Made by a program: the position numbers and the translations under genes. From assembly GCA_963770895.1 (NCBI GenBank), contig CAVYRF010000002.1, positions 2,304,001 to 2,368,000 of the forward strand: a DNA stretch of 64,000 nt, in the 5' to 3' direction. Under the pieces are notes generated by a model. That model did not search any database. It saw nothing but the letters and a program-made list of their open reading frames with translations, and was not told where the DNA came from. The DNA comes from an uncultured Acidobacteriota bacterium (GTDB taxonomy: Bacteria; Acidobacteriota; Thermoanaerobaculia; Multivoradales; UBA5704). The first letter of the stretch is position 1. Each line of letters starts with the position of its first letter. Positions 34,125 to 44,403 of this stretch are shown here, piece after piece.

Positions 34125-34811
34125 TCAGGCGCGGCGGTGGCGCCGGCGGGCCAGGTAGAGGGTGTGGCGGGGGCCGCCGCGGCCGGGGCGGTGTCGCTCC
34201 CAGGCGAAGCCGGCCTGGCCCAGGCGCTTTTCGAAGGCGGCGTCGGGGTCTTCGGACCAGACCGCGAAGACCCCGGCGGGTTGCAGCGCCGCGCCGGCCG
34301 CGGTCAGCGCCGCCAGCCCGTAGAGCGGATCGTCGCGCCGCTGGGTCGCCGCGTGCGGCCCCTCGTACAGGTCCAGCAGGATCGCGTCGAAGCCGCCGGC
34401 GGGATCGGTGGCGGCGCCGGCGATGACCGCCGCCACGTCGGCGATCTCGACCCGCACCCGCCGGTCCGCCAGGGCGCCCTGCGTCAGGGCGGCGAGCGGG
34501 CCACGGCACCACTCGACGATCGCCGGATCGATTTCGGCCACCAGCACGCTGGCCCGCGCCGGCAGCGCCTGGAGCGCCGCGCGCAGCGTGTAGCCCAGGC
34601 CCAGGCCGCCGATCAGCACGCGCGGGCGCGGCAACCTGGCGACGGCGCGGCAGGCCAGCTCGGCCAGCGCCGCCTCGGTCAGGTGGGCGGCGCCGTTCAT
34701 CAGCACCCGCCCTCCCAGGGTGATCACCACCTCGTCGTCGCCGCGCCGCCGCAGCTCCAGCCGCCCTTCGGCTCGCTCGGCCGAAGCCAGGGTCTGCCAC
34801 GGTCGCGTCAC
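34125..34811 (-). CDS. Spermidine-synthase-like SAM-dependent methyltransferase fold protein
   Basis: VLIGGLGLGYTL, VAEID, FDAILLDLYEGP motifs. Confidence 0.85.
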   Translation of the reverse strand: MTRPWQTLASAERAEGRLELRRRGDDEVVITLGGRVLMNGAAHLTEAALAELACRAVARLPRPRVLIGGLGLGYTLRAALQALPARASVLVAEIDPAIVEWCRGPLAALTQGALADRRVRVEIADVAAVIAGAATDPAGGFDAILLDLYEGPHAATQRRDDPLYGLAALTAAGAALQPAGVFAVWSEDPDAAFEKRLGQAGFAWERHRPGRGGPRHTLYLARRRHRRA

Positions 34812-35440
34812 GCGCCGCGCCCGTCACGCTCGGCCGCGCCGCCGAGAAGGCTGCCGGCCACCGCCCCGCTCATGGCGCCGCTGGCCCGCGCGGCGCCATG
34901 GTCCGCATCGCCACCGGCCTGCGCGTCGCAGTGGCCCCCGTCGCCCCCATCGCCGTGGCCGGCGGGGGAGTGCCGCACCTGGATCTCCATGATAGGCAGC
35001 AAGCGCGGCTGGCCTTCGACCTGGCCGCGCCGCTCGCCGATGCGCCGCGCCCCCATGTGGAGGTAGAAGGGCTCGGCGTGCGGCTCCGCGTCGAACGCAA
35101 GATGGCCGGCGCCGGCCGCCGCGGCGGTTGCCATGGCGTGCTCGAACAGGACACGGCCAAGGCCGCGGCCGATCCAATCGGGCCGCACCCACAGGTGATC
35201 GAGCCGGGCGCGCGGCTCGCTGGCAGCCATCACCAGGGCGTAGAAGGCCACAGGCTCACCGTCGTGGAGCGCGGTGTAACAGGGCTGGGTCGCCAGGTAC
35301 TCGGCGGTGATCGTCAGATCAGCCGTCCACGCCTCCAGCCAGCGCTCGGGATAGCCCCAGTGGCGCTTGGCGGCCAGCGCGATGGCGGTCAGGGTGGGCG
35401 CCTGGTCGGCGGTGGCGCGGGCGACGGTGGGGAACGGCAA
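34808..35440 (-). CDS. GNAT family N-acetyltransferase
   Basis: AKRHWGYP, LDHLWVRPDWIGRGLGR, AEPFYLHMGA; start TTG 35440 inferred just after the upstream stop. Confidence 0.85.
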   Translation of the reverse strand: MPFPTVARATADQAPTLTAIALAAKRHWGYPERWLEAWTADLTITAEYLATQPCYTALHDGEPVAFYALVMAASEPRARLDHLWVRPDWIGRGLGRVLFEHAMATAAAAGAGHLAFDAEPHAEPFYLHMGARRIGERRGQVEGQPRLLPIMEIQVRHSPAGHGDGGDGGHCDAQAGGDADHGAARASGAMSGAVAGSLLGGAAERDGRGA

Positions 35441-35445
35441 GCGCT

Positions 35446-36555
35446 TCAGCCTTCGGCGTCGCCGATGGGTTCTTCGGAGGCGCGGCGCAGCAGCAGGGCG
35501 CGGCGCCGCTCGATGGCCTGCAGCCACAGGGGCAGGAAGGCGCTCAGGTCCTGCAGGCTCTTGTCCACCTTGGCCAGCAGGCCGACGATGCGGTGGCTGA
35601 TCGCGGCGTGGCAGGCCAGCAGGTCGCGCACGTTTTGGGTGCGGTCGGAGTCGCTTTCGGGCCGCGTCGCCTGCATCGCGGCGACCGCCGAGGTGCCGGC
35701 GTCGTGCAGCTCCAGCAGCAGGCGGCAGTAGACCGGGATCTCGCCGGCGTAGCGGTCCAGGCTCTCCATTTCGTAAAAGCGCACGCCGCGCAGCGCCAGC
35801 ACCTCTTTGAGCTTGGGCGTCAGGCCGTTGATCAACACTTCCAGCAGCAGCGCGGTGTTTTCCCAGGCCTGGCGGCTGGGGAGCTGCTCGTCGCCGCGCA
35901 TCTGCTCGGCGGTGGCGGCCAGGTGGGTGGGGCGCAGCTGCTCCAGCCGCTCCAGGTAGTCGCGCAGGCGGCTGACCGTGGAGTGCAGCCACTCCGCCTC
36001 CTCGATGTCCTGCGGGAAGCGGCGGGACAGGAAATAGTCGGAGTCGTGCACGCTGCGCGGGTCCTTGGCCATGAACTCGCCGAAGGTGTCCTGCAGGAAG
36101 GCGTGCAGCTGGCCGATCGAGACGCACAGCAGCTTGCGCACTTCGCCCAGGTGGTCGGGCGCGATGTTGGCGGGGAAGCGCGCCAGCGGGTCGAGGACCT
36201 GACCGCTGAGCAGCCGCAGCGAAATCTCGGCGCTCTGCCGCGCCTCTTCCAGCGAGGGGATGCGCGAGCGGCCGCGCAGCAGCGGCGCGATGCGGTTGCG
36301 GATGAGGTCGGCCACCTGGCGCACCTTGCTCCAGATGTCGAGCAGCCGTTCGGGCGAGCAGTGGAGAAGCGAGTAGTTGCTTTCCAGCACCCCTTCCAGC
36401 AGGCGGATGCAACCCAGGAAGGCGCGGATGCGCGGGTTTTGCCAATGCACCCGTTCCAGCGCCCAGTCCGGCGCCGTAACCCCTTCAGGGAGAGCGATCT
36501 GGTGATTGCCCACCTGGATCAGCTGGCGGGGTTTTCTGGGTAGCTGCGACTTCAT
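35446..36555 (-). CDS. Hypothetical all-alpha cytoplasmic protein
   Basis: ATG 36555 with GGGGAG RBS; protein-like composition, strong GC3 bias; no motif recognised. Confidence 0.75.
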   Translation of the reverse strand: MKSQLPRKPRQLIQVGNHQIALPEGVTAPDWALERVHWQNPRIRAFLGCIRLLEGVLESNYSLLHCSPERLLDIWSKVRQVADLIRNRIAPLLRGRSRIPSLEEARQSAEISLRLLSGQVLDPLARFPANIAPDHLGEVRKLLCVSIGQLHAFLQDTFGEFMAKDPRSVHDSDYFLSRRFPQDIEEAEWLHSTVSRLRDYLERLEQLRPTHLAATAEQMRGDEQLPSRQAWENTALLLEVLINGLTPKLKEVLALRGVRFYEMESLDRYAGEIPVYCRLLLELHDAGTSAVAAMQATRPESDSDRTQNVRDLLACHAAISHRIVGLLAKVDKSLQDLSAFLPLWLQAIERRRALLLRRASEEPIGDAEG

Positions 36556-36652
36556 TGGACTCCCCCCGAAGAGGCGTTCCGTGCCGCGGGGAGAAGGGGC
36601 CGCGCCGCCCCCCTTGCCGGTCCGATCATATCCGCACCGGGAGCGACCCGCA

Positions 36653-37276
36653 TCAGACGCCGCACAGCGACCGGGCCGCCGCCGCGTCCAGCCCCAACGC
36701 ATCGGCCAGGCCGGGCAGGGCCAGGCGCCGCCACATCGCGGCGATCTCCTCGGCCGTGTAGGGCAGATCGTGATCGAGCCACTGTGTCATCAGCGTCAGC
36801 AGCGAGCTTGTCAGGTAGTGCGCCGCGATGTCGAGCGGCACCGCCGCCGGTTGCGCCGCGAGGGCCAGCTCGCCCAGCTGCTGGCGCAGGATGGCGGTCA
36901 GCGTCACGTGGGCGCGCCGCACGATCGCGTGGCCGCCCTGGCGGCCGAGCAGCGCCTTGAGCAGCGGGCGGGCTTGCGCGACGTGACGGAAGAGGGCCAG
37001 GCTGAAAGCCCGCAGGCCGCCATCGCTCCAGGCGCCGGCCGGCAGGGCCTGGGCGTGTTGCTCGAAGATGGCCAGGAAGCTGTGGAAGCCGGAGAGCATC
37101 AGCTCGTCCTTGTTGCGGAAGTGGGCGTAAAAGGTGGAGCGGCCCAGGTTGGCGCGGTCCAGGATGTCCTGCACGGTGATCGATTCGTAGCCGCGTTCCA
37201 GGGTGAGCGCGGTCAAAGCTTCGCGCAGCAATTGCCGTGTGCGTTGGACCCGCCGGTCGACGGCGCCTGGTTTCAT
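36653..37276 (-). CDS. TetR/AcrR family transcriptional regulator
   Basis: DRRVQRTRQLL..ITVQDILDRANLGRSTFYAHF HTH. Confidence 0.92.
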   Translation of the reverse strand: MKPGAVDRRVQRTRQLLREALTALTLERGYESITVQDILDRANLGRSTFYAHFRNKDELMLSGFHSFLAIFEQHAQALPAGAWSDGGLRAFSLALFRHVAQARPLLKALLGRQGGHAIVRRAHVTLTAILRQQLGELALAAQPAAVPLDIAAHYLTSSLLTLMTQWLDHDLPYTAEEIAAMWRRLALPGLADALGLDAAAARSLCGV

Positions 37277-37434
37277 GATCGCTCCCGATGCCTCCCGGCG
37301 GAGATCCGTCGCACCGCCCGCGGCACGGCACGACAGGGCGCGGCGGCGGACAAAATGCTGCCTTTGTTCGTTAGCGCACATCCGGCGCGCATTGGTTGTT
37401 GACCTCACCGCCGGGCCGCGCCAAAAATCGAAAC

Positions 37435-37449
37435 CGAACACGATGTTCG
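37435..37449. promoter_or_regulatory. Putative TetR operator palindrome
   Basis: CGAACA-cga-TGTTCG perfect inverted repeat in the divergent tetR/ABC intergenic region; related CGGACAAA..TTTGTTCG near 37347-37370. Confidence 0.55.
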
Positions 37450-37529
37450 ATAACGAACTATTGTGCGAGCGGCCGCTGAACCTTGTCAATCCGACCCCGG
37501 CCGCCCGCTGCCAAGGGAGAGAAGAGAGC

Positions 37530-38278
<749 letters not shown>

Positions 38279-38285
<7 letters not shown>

Positions 38286-40732
38286 GGCCGCGCTGGCGCA
38301 AGCTCCTGCGGGACGCGACGGCCCTGCGCGGGCGCACGGCGATGATGGTCGCCGGGATCGCGATCAGCCTCTTCGGCGTCGGCACGGCGCTGACCGCCTA
38401 CAGCATCCTGGCGCGCGAGCTGCGCCGCAGCTACCTGGATACCCGGCCGGCGTCGGCGACGCTGCTGCTGGACGGCGCCGACGGCCGCCTTGCCGAGCAG
38501 GCGGCGCGGCGTCCGGGCATTGCGGCCGCCGAGGCGCGCGCCACGCTGGTCGCGCGCGTGCAGGTCGGCGCGGGTCGCTGGAAGCCGCTGCTGCTGTTCG
38601 TCGTCGACGACTTCGACCGCCTGCGCGTCGGCACCTTCCGCCGCGAGCGCGGCGCCTGGCCGCCGCCCGCCGCCACCCTGCTGATCGAACGGGCCGCCCT
38701 TCAGGTGCTGCACACGGACGTCGGCGCACCGCTGCTGGTCCGCCTGCCCGATGGGCGGCAGCGCACCCTCGCGGTGAGCGGCGTGGTCCACGATCCCGGC
38801 CTGGCGCCGGCCTGGCAGGAGGGAGGCGGCTACGGCTACATCACCGCCGCCACCCGCAACTGGCTCGACGGCCGCACGCCGCCGCTCGACGAGCTGCGCG
38901 TCGTGGTGGCGGACAGCTCGGCCGACACCGCCGGGATCACGGCGACCGCCGAAGAGCTGGCGGCATGGCTGGGGCGCGGCGGCCACCCGGTGCGGCGGAT
39001 CGAGGTGCCGCCGCCCGGCCGCCACCCCCACCAGGGCCAGATGGTGGCGCTGCTCAGCATCCTGATGGGTTTCAGCCTGATGGGGTTGGTGTTGAGCGGC
39101 CTGCTGGTCGCCACGATGATGGCGGCCCTGCTGGCGCGGGAGATCCGCCAGATCGGGGTGATGAAGGCGGTGGGGGCGACGACCGGCCAGCTGGCGCGGC
39201 TGTACGTCGTGCTGGTCGCGGCGTTGGGCGCCGCGGCGTTCGTGCTGGGGGTCGCGCCGGCGCTTGCCGCCGGGCGCGCCTATGCGGCGAAGGCGGCGGG
39301 CATGTTGAACTTCGACCTGGCGACGACGGCGGTGCCGTGGTGGGTCTTCGCGGTCCAGGCCGCCGCCGGCATCGGCGTGCCGCTCGTCCTGGCGGCGGTG
39401 CCCATCGCCCGCGGCTGCCGCATCACCGTGCGCAAGGCGCTGGCCGACCACGGTGTGCGCCGCGAGCGGTTTGCGCCGTCGCGCCTGGATGCCTGGCTGG
39501 GCCGGCGCGGCGGCAGCGGCCCGCTGGCGGCGTGGAACCGCACGCTGCTGCTGGCGCTGCGCAATTCCTATCGGCGGCGCGCGCGGATGCTTTTGACGCT
39601 CAGCCTGCTGGCCGCCGCGGGCGCCCTGTTCATCACCAGCTGGAACGTGCGCGAGGCGTGGAAGCGCACCCTGACCGACGGCTTCGGCGCGCGCCGTTAC
39701 GACCTGGAGGTGCGCCTGACGCGCACCGTGCCCGCGGCGCCCATCCTGCAGGCGGTGCGGGCGGTCCCCGGCGTGGCGGCGGCGGAAGCGTGGGGAGTGG
39801 CGCCCGCCTCCTTCGGCAAGCCGGGGCGCTTCGAGGTCGCGCACGTCTACCCCGACGGCGGACACGGCAGCCTCAGCATCGTCGCGCCGCCGGCGGCGAC
39901 CCGGATGGTGCGGTTCCCGCTGCTCGCCGGCCGCTGGCTGCGCGCCGGCGACACCGCCGCGGTGGTCCTCAATCCCAACGCGCGGTTGGCGGCGCCGGCC
40001 GGCGTCCGGGTCGGCGACTGGCTCGACGTGGGCATCGGCGCCGGGCCGGGCACGCCGCGCGCCGCCGGCCGCTATCGCGTCGTCGGCCTGGTCCGCGAGG
40101 TGGGGGCGGCGGGCGCCGTCTACATGACCGACGCCGCCCTGGCCGGCGCCATCGGCCGGCCGGGCACCGCGCGCACTCTGCGGCTGGTCCTGCGCGATCA
40201 CGATCCGGCGTCGCGCCAGGCGGTCGCCGCCGCGGTCGAGTCGGCGCTCGCCGGCGCGGGCGCGGCTCCCTATTCCGTGACTCCGGTCCCGGCCTATAGC
40301 GCCGCGCTCGGCGATCACATCCTCATCCTCATCCAGGCGCTCGCCTGGGTCGCGGGGTTGATGGGAGTGGTCGGCGCGCTGGGGCTGGCCGCCGCGATGA
40401 GCGTCAACGTCCTGGAGCGCACCCGCGAGCTGGGCATCCTGCAGGCCATCGGCGCCACGCCGCGCGTCATCCTGTGGATCGTCGTCGGCGAGGGGGTGGC
40501 GATCGGCCTTGCCAGCTGGGTGGCGGCGCTCGCTGGCGCGCTGCCGCTGACGATGTGGATCGACAGCACCATGGGGCGGATCTTCTTCGCCGTTCCCCTG
40601 ACCCCCGCCGCCGCGCCGGCAGCCATGGCCGGCTGGCTGGCGCTGGTTGCCGTCACCGCGGCGGCGGCGAGCTTCCTCCCTGCCTGGCGGGCCTCCCGCC
40701 TGGTGATCGCCACGGCGCTTCAGTATGATTAG
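38279..40732 (+). CDS. ABC transporter permease with duplicated FtsX/MacB domains
   Basis: RQIGVMKAVGA and ERTRELGILQAIGA FtsX motifs; start ATG 38279 overlaps the ATPase stop. Confidence 0.9.
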
Positions 40733-40810
40733 CCATTACGATAAATTTGTGGCGCAGCCGTACCAACACCTGGCGCGCCGGCGCGGCGGCCGGCAAAAAG
40801 GGGGAAGGCG

Positions 40811-42301
40811 ATGCGTTCGCACCAGCCGTGGAGCGTCACGCGAGGAAGCGGCAGTTTCCAACTGACCGTGCTGCTGGCAGCCGGTGCCCTCATGGCCGGC
40901 GGCGCGGCCGCCGCCCTGGCCGCACCGGTGGCCGCCACGTTTTCCCCCGCGCCGCCGGCAACGACGGCGCCCGGCTCGGCGGCGTCGCCTGGCTCGGCGG
41001 GCGCGCCGCCGGCGGTGCGGACCGCTTCGCCTGGACCGTCAACCGCTGCGCCCGCGGCCGGCGAGCCGGCCGCGGCCTCCAACGTCGTGCCGGCGGCCGG
41101 CGCCGCACCGTCGTCCTCGCCGGCCGGCGGCGGTGGCGCGCCCGCCAGTGCCTCCGGCGCCGCGTCTTCCAGCGCCGCGATGCCGGCCATCCGCCGCATC
41201 CTGGTCGGCACTGCCACGGACCTCGGGGTGGAATCGGATCAGCAGCCGGCGCACCTGGGGTCGTGGCTCACCCTCGAGGTTTCAGGCCTGGACGCGCTGG
41301 TCGACAGGGCGCGGGCGCAAAAGAAGGATCTGGTGCTGTACATCAACGGCATGCCGCTCACCGGCGTGCCGCCGGTCTACCTGATGAGTCAGGGCCAGAT
41401 CGCCGACGTCCGCTTCGCGCTGCGCCGCACGGATGAATCCAAGCAGACCTGGGAAGCCCTGCTCGGCAAGCCGCGCGCCGAACGCCGCGACGTCGCGGTC
41501 AGCGTCGGCGTCGGCGGCTGCGCCGACGGCTGCTCCGACATCACCGACGCCGTGCCGCTGCCCCTGGTGGTCATGCGCCCCGTCTGGCTGGCCAGCTTCC
41601 TGCTGGGGCTGGGCGCCGTCCTATGGACGATGTGGCAGCTGGCACGGCGCACCCCCATGCTGCGCGACGGCAACATGGGCTCGCCCTGGAGCCTGGGCCG
41701 CATCCAGATGGCGTGGTGGACGCTGATCGTGGTGGCCAGCTTCGTCTTCATCTGGATGGTGACCGGCGGCTACGGCAGCCTGACCAACTCGGTTCTGGCG
41801 CTGATCGGCATCAGCTCGGCCACCGGCCTGGCCGGCGCCGTCATCGACGACAACAAGCAGGCGCAGGTCAAGCAGCGCCAGGCGCTGCAAGCGGCGGCGC
41901 AGAAGGCCGCGGCCGCCGCACCGGGCGCGGTCCCGCCGGCCGCGGGCGCAGCCGGGGGCCCGGCTTCCCCGGCGGTCGCGGCAGCGGCGGCGCCCAGCCT
42001 TGCAACCATGGCCGCCGCCCCGCTCGCCGGGGAGCTCGCCGCCCAGATGGAGCGCCTCCCCGTCGCCAAGGTGAGCCAGAGCCTGCTGCTCGACATCCTG
42101 TCCGACGAGAACGGCGTCAGCTTCCACCGCCTGCAGGTGGTGATCTGGACCCTGGTGATGACGCTGATCTTCGTGGTGAGCGTCTACACCCACCTGGACA
42201 TGCCGGACTTCGACACCCAGCTGCTGGCCCTGATGGGGATCAGCAACGGCACCTACATCGGCTTCAAGCTGCCCGAAAAGCAGGTTGCGGCGCCCAGCTG
42301 A
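40811..42301 (+). CDS. Hypothetical membrane protein with internally duplicated TM module
   Basis: Signal peptide, Ala/Pro/Ser linker, soluble domain, then SLGRIQMAWWT..LALIGISSATG and SFHRLQVVIWT..LALMGISNGTY. Confidence 0.8.
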   Translation: MRSHQPWSVTRGSGSFQLTVLLAAGALMAGGAAAALAAPVAATFSPAPPATTAPGSAASPGSAGAPPAVRTASPGPSTAAPAAGEPAAASNVVPAAGAAPSSSPAGGGGAPASASGAASSSAAMPAIRRILVGTATDLGVESDQQPAHLGSWLTLEVSGLDALVDRARAQKKDLVLYINGMPLTGVPPVYLMSQGQIADVRFALRRTDESKQTWEALLGKPRAERRDVAVSVGVGGCADGCSDITDAVPLPLVVMRPVWLASFLLGLGAVLWTMWQLARRTPMLRDGNMGSPWSLGRIQMAWWTLIVVASFVFIWMVTGGYGSLTNSVLALIGISSATGLAGAVIDDNKQAQVKQRQALQAAAQKAAAAAPGAVPPAAGAAGGPASPAVAAAAAPSLATMAAAPLAGELAAQMERLPVAKVSQSLLLDILSDENGVSFHRLQVVIWTLVMTLIFVVSVYTHLDMPDFDTQLLALMGISNGTYIGFKLPEKQVAAPS

Positions 42302-42338
42302 AGCCGCCGCGACGCCGCCACCGCGCCGCGGCCGCCGG

Positions 42339-44357
42339 TCACTGCACCGTGTAGGTGTAGATGCCGTTTTCGATCGTGCCGGCGTAGATCGCGGCGGGCT
42401 GGCGCGGGCTGAGCGTCAGCGTGCCGGTCAGGTTGCCGAACGACGACAGGGCGAACTGCGGCAGACCGCCGACGATCGGGTACCAGGATTTGCCGCCGTT
42501 GGTGGTGCGATAGACGCCGAAGCCGCCGCCGGCGTACATCGTCGCCGGCGCCTGCGGATCGATCGCCAGGAGGGTCGGCGAGCTCAGGAAGATCGTGCCC
42601 TTGATCGGCAGCTTGCCGTCCGCCTCGGTCCAGGTCGCGCCGCCGTTGGTGGTGAGGAAGACGCCCTGCTGCTCGCTCAGCAGCACCCGGTTGCCGTCCG
42701 CCGGGTCGATCGCCAGGGTGACGAAACCCATGCTGCGGCCGCCGGTGGTGTGCAGCCCGGCGTCGATCTGCTGCCAGCTGGCGCCGCCGTCGGTGCTCCG
42801 GAAGAGGTCGCCCAGCTGCCTGCCGTGCGGGCTGGAGAAGGTGGCGAACGCGTACAACACGCCGGGACCGACAAACAGTGCCTCGATCGACGTGTTGCCG
42901 AGCGTGAGACAGCTCCAGGTGTTGCCGCCGTCGGCGCTCTTGAACGCCGGGCAGCCGGCGAAGCATCCGGAAAGGAACCCGGCCGAGGCCACCACGTAGA
43001 CGTCGTCCGTATGGCTGGGGTCGATCCCCAGCTGGCTCACGCCGATGCAGGCGCCGTGGCCGCTCCCCGCCAGCACGCTCCAGGTGTTGCCGCCGTCGGT
43101 CGTCTTGATCAGCCCTTGCGGCGATCCGGCGTAGAGCGTCGTCGGCGTCACCGGATCGATCGCCAGGGTCCCCAGGTAGTCCGCCACGAAGGCCGGTCCC
43201 ACCAGGTGCCACTGCTGGCCGGAGCTGCCGCTCTTGAGCAGGCCGGGGCCGGCGGCGGCGTCACCCACCACCGCGTACAAGTTGCGCGGGTGCACCGGGT
43301 CGATGACCAGCGCCAGCGTATTGGTGGCGTTGATGCCGCTGCTGGCCTGCTGCCACGTCGCCGCCGCGTCCTGGCTGGACCAGACGCCGCGCAGCGTCGT
43401 GCCGGCGTACACCGCGGTCGCCGAACCGGGCGGCGCCGCCAGCACCAGCGGCTGGCCCGGCGCGACATTGGTCGCGGTCCAGCTGTTGCCGCCGTCGGTG
43501 CTGCGGGTCGCTCCGGCGTAGACCACCCCCAGACCCACCGCCAGCGGATAGCCGCCGGGTGCGACAGCCTGCCAGCTGGCGCCGGCGTCGGCGCTGCGAT
43601 AGGTCTGCGGCTGGCTGTCGGATGTGTAGGCGACGTAGACGATCCCCGGCTTGGTGCGCGGATCGATGGCGATCAGGAGCGGCGTCGAAGCGTCGGCGCT
43701 GCCGATCGGCAGCCCCTGGTCCGCGACCGACCAGCTGGCGCCGCCATCGGACGTGCGCAGCAGCTGCTTGTTGAGCTGGTCGTATCCGTAGACCGTCGCG
43801 GCAGCGCCGGGGTCGATGGCGAGCGCCGTGACGCGGCCGTGCGCCGCCGCCGGCAGCTCCGTCCAGGTGGCGCCCCGGTCGCCGCTCTTGTAGATGCCCG
43901 GCTGGGAACCGGCGTACAGGGTCGCGGGGTCCGACGGATCGACCGCCAGCGCATAGAAAACGGCAAATTGGCTCGGTGACGCCAGCGATTGCCAGCTGGC
44001 GCCGGAGTTGGTGCTGACGGCCGCCTGCGCCTCGCCCATCACGTACACCGTGGCCGGGTCCTGGGGGTCGGCGACGATCGACGTCACCGCCGCACCCGGC
44101 AGACCCCGGCTGGTCCGCACCCAGCTGGTGCCGCCGTCCTGGCTGCGGTACACCCCGGCGCCGTCGCTGCCCGCCCACAGCAGCCCCGCCTGCGCCGGCG
44201 ACGCCGCCAGCGCATTGATCGGCCCACCGTTCGGCCCCAGCGGCGTCCACACGTTGATCCCCGCCGCCGCCGGTCGCCCGCCGCCCAAAACCATCAGCCC
44301 AGCCAACACCCCCAACCCCAAACGACGAACCACAACCCAACGAGTCGCCACTTGCAT
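42339..44357 (-). CDS. Secreted BNR/Asp-box repeat beta-propeller protein (VPS10/YCF48-like)
   Basis: Many S/T-x-D-G-G-x-x-W Asp boxes and LAIDP repeats; signal peptide; alternative start at 44384. Confidence 0.88.
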   Translation of the reverse strand: MQVATRWVVVRRLGLGVLAGLMVLGGGRPAAAGINVWTPLGPNGGPINALAASPAQAGLLWAGSDGAGVYRSQDGGTSWVRTSRGLPGAAVTSIVADPQDPATVYVMGEAQAAVSTNSGASWQSLASPSQFAVFYALAVDPSDPATLYAGSQPGIYKSGDRGATWTELPAAAHGRVTALAIDPGAAATVYGYDQLNKQLLRTSDGGASWSVADQGLPIGSADASTPLLIAIDPRTKPGIVYVAYTSDSQPQTYRSADAGASWQAVAPGGYPLAVGLGVVYAGATRSTDGGNSWTATNVAPGQPLVLAAPPGSATAVYAGTTLRGVWSSQDAAATWQQASSGINATNTLALVIDPVHPRNLYAVVGDAAAGPGLLKSGSSGQQWHLVGPAFVADYLGTLAIDPVTPTTLYAGSPQGLIKTTDGGNTWSVLAGSGHGACIGVSQLGIDPSHTDDVYVVASAGFLSGCFAGCPAFKSADGGNTWSCLTLGNTSIEALFVGPGVLYAFATFSSPHGRQLGDLFRSTDGGASWQQIDAGLHTTGGRSMGFVTLAIDPADGNRVLLSEQQGVFLTTNGGATWTEADGKLPIKGTIFLSSPTLLAIDPQAPATMYAGGGFGVYRTTNGGKSWYPIVGGLPQFALSSFGNLTGTLTLSPRQPAAIYAGTIENGIYTYTVQ

Positions 44358-44403
44358 CGCATATTCCCCATTTACCAACTCCATTGTAGCGTCCCCATGC
44401 CCC

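Noticed and set aside
35441-36445. Apparent 545-aa GNAT fusion
   Set aside because: The upstream part overlaps the real 35446-36555 gene in another frame.
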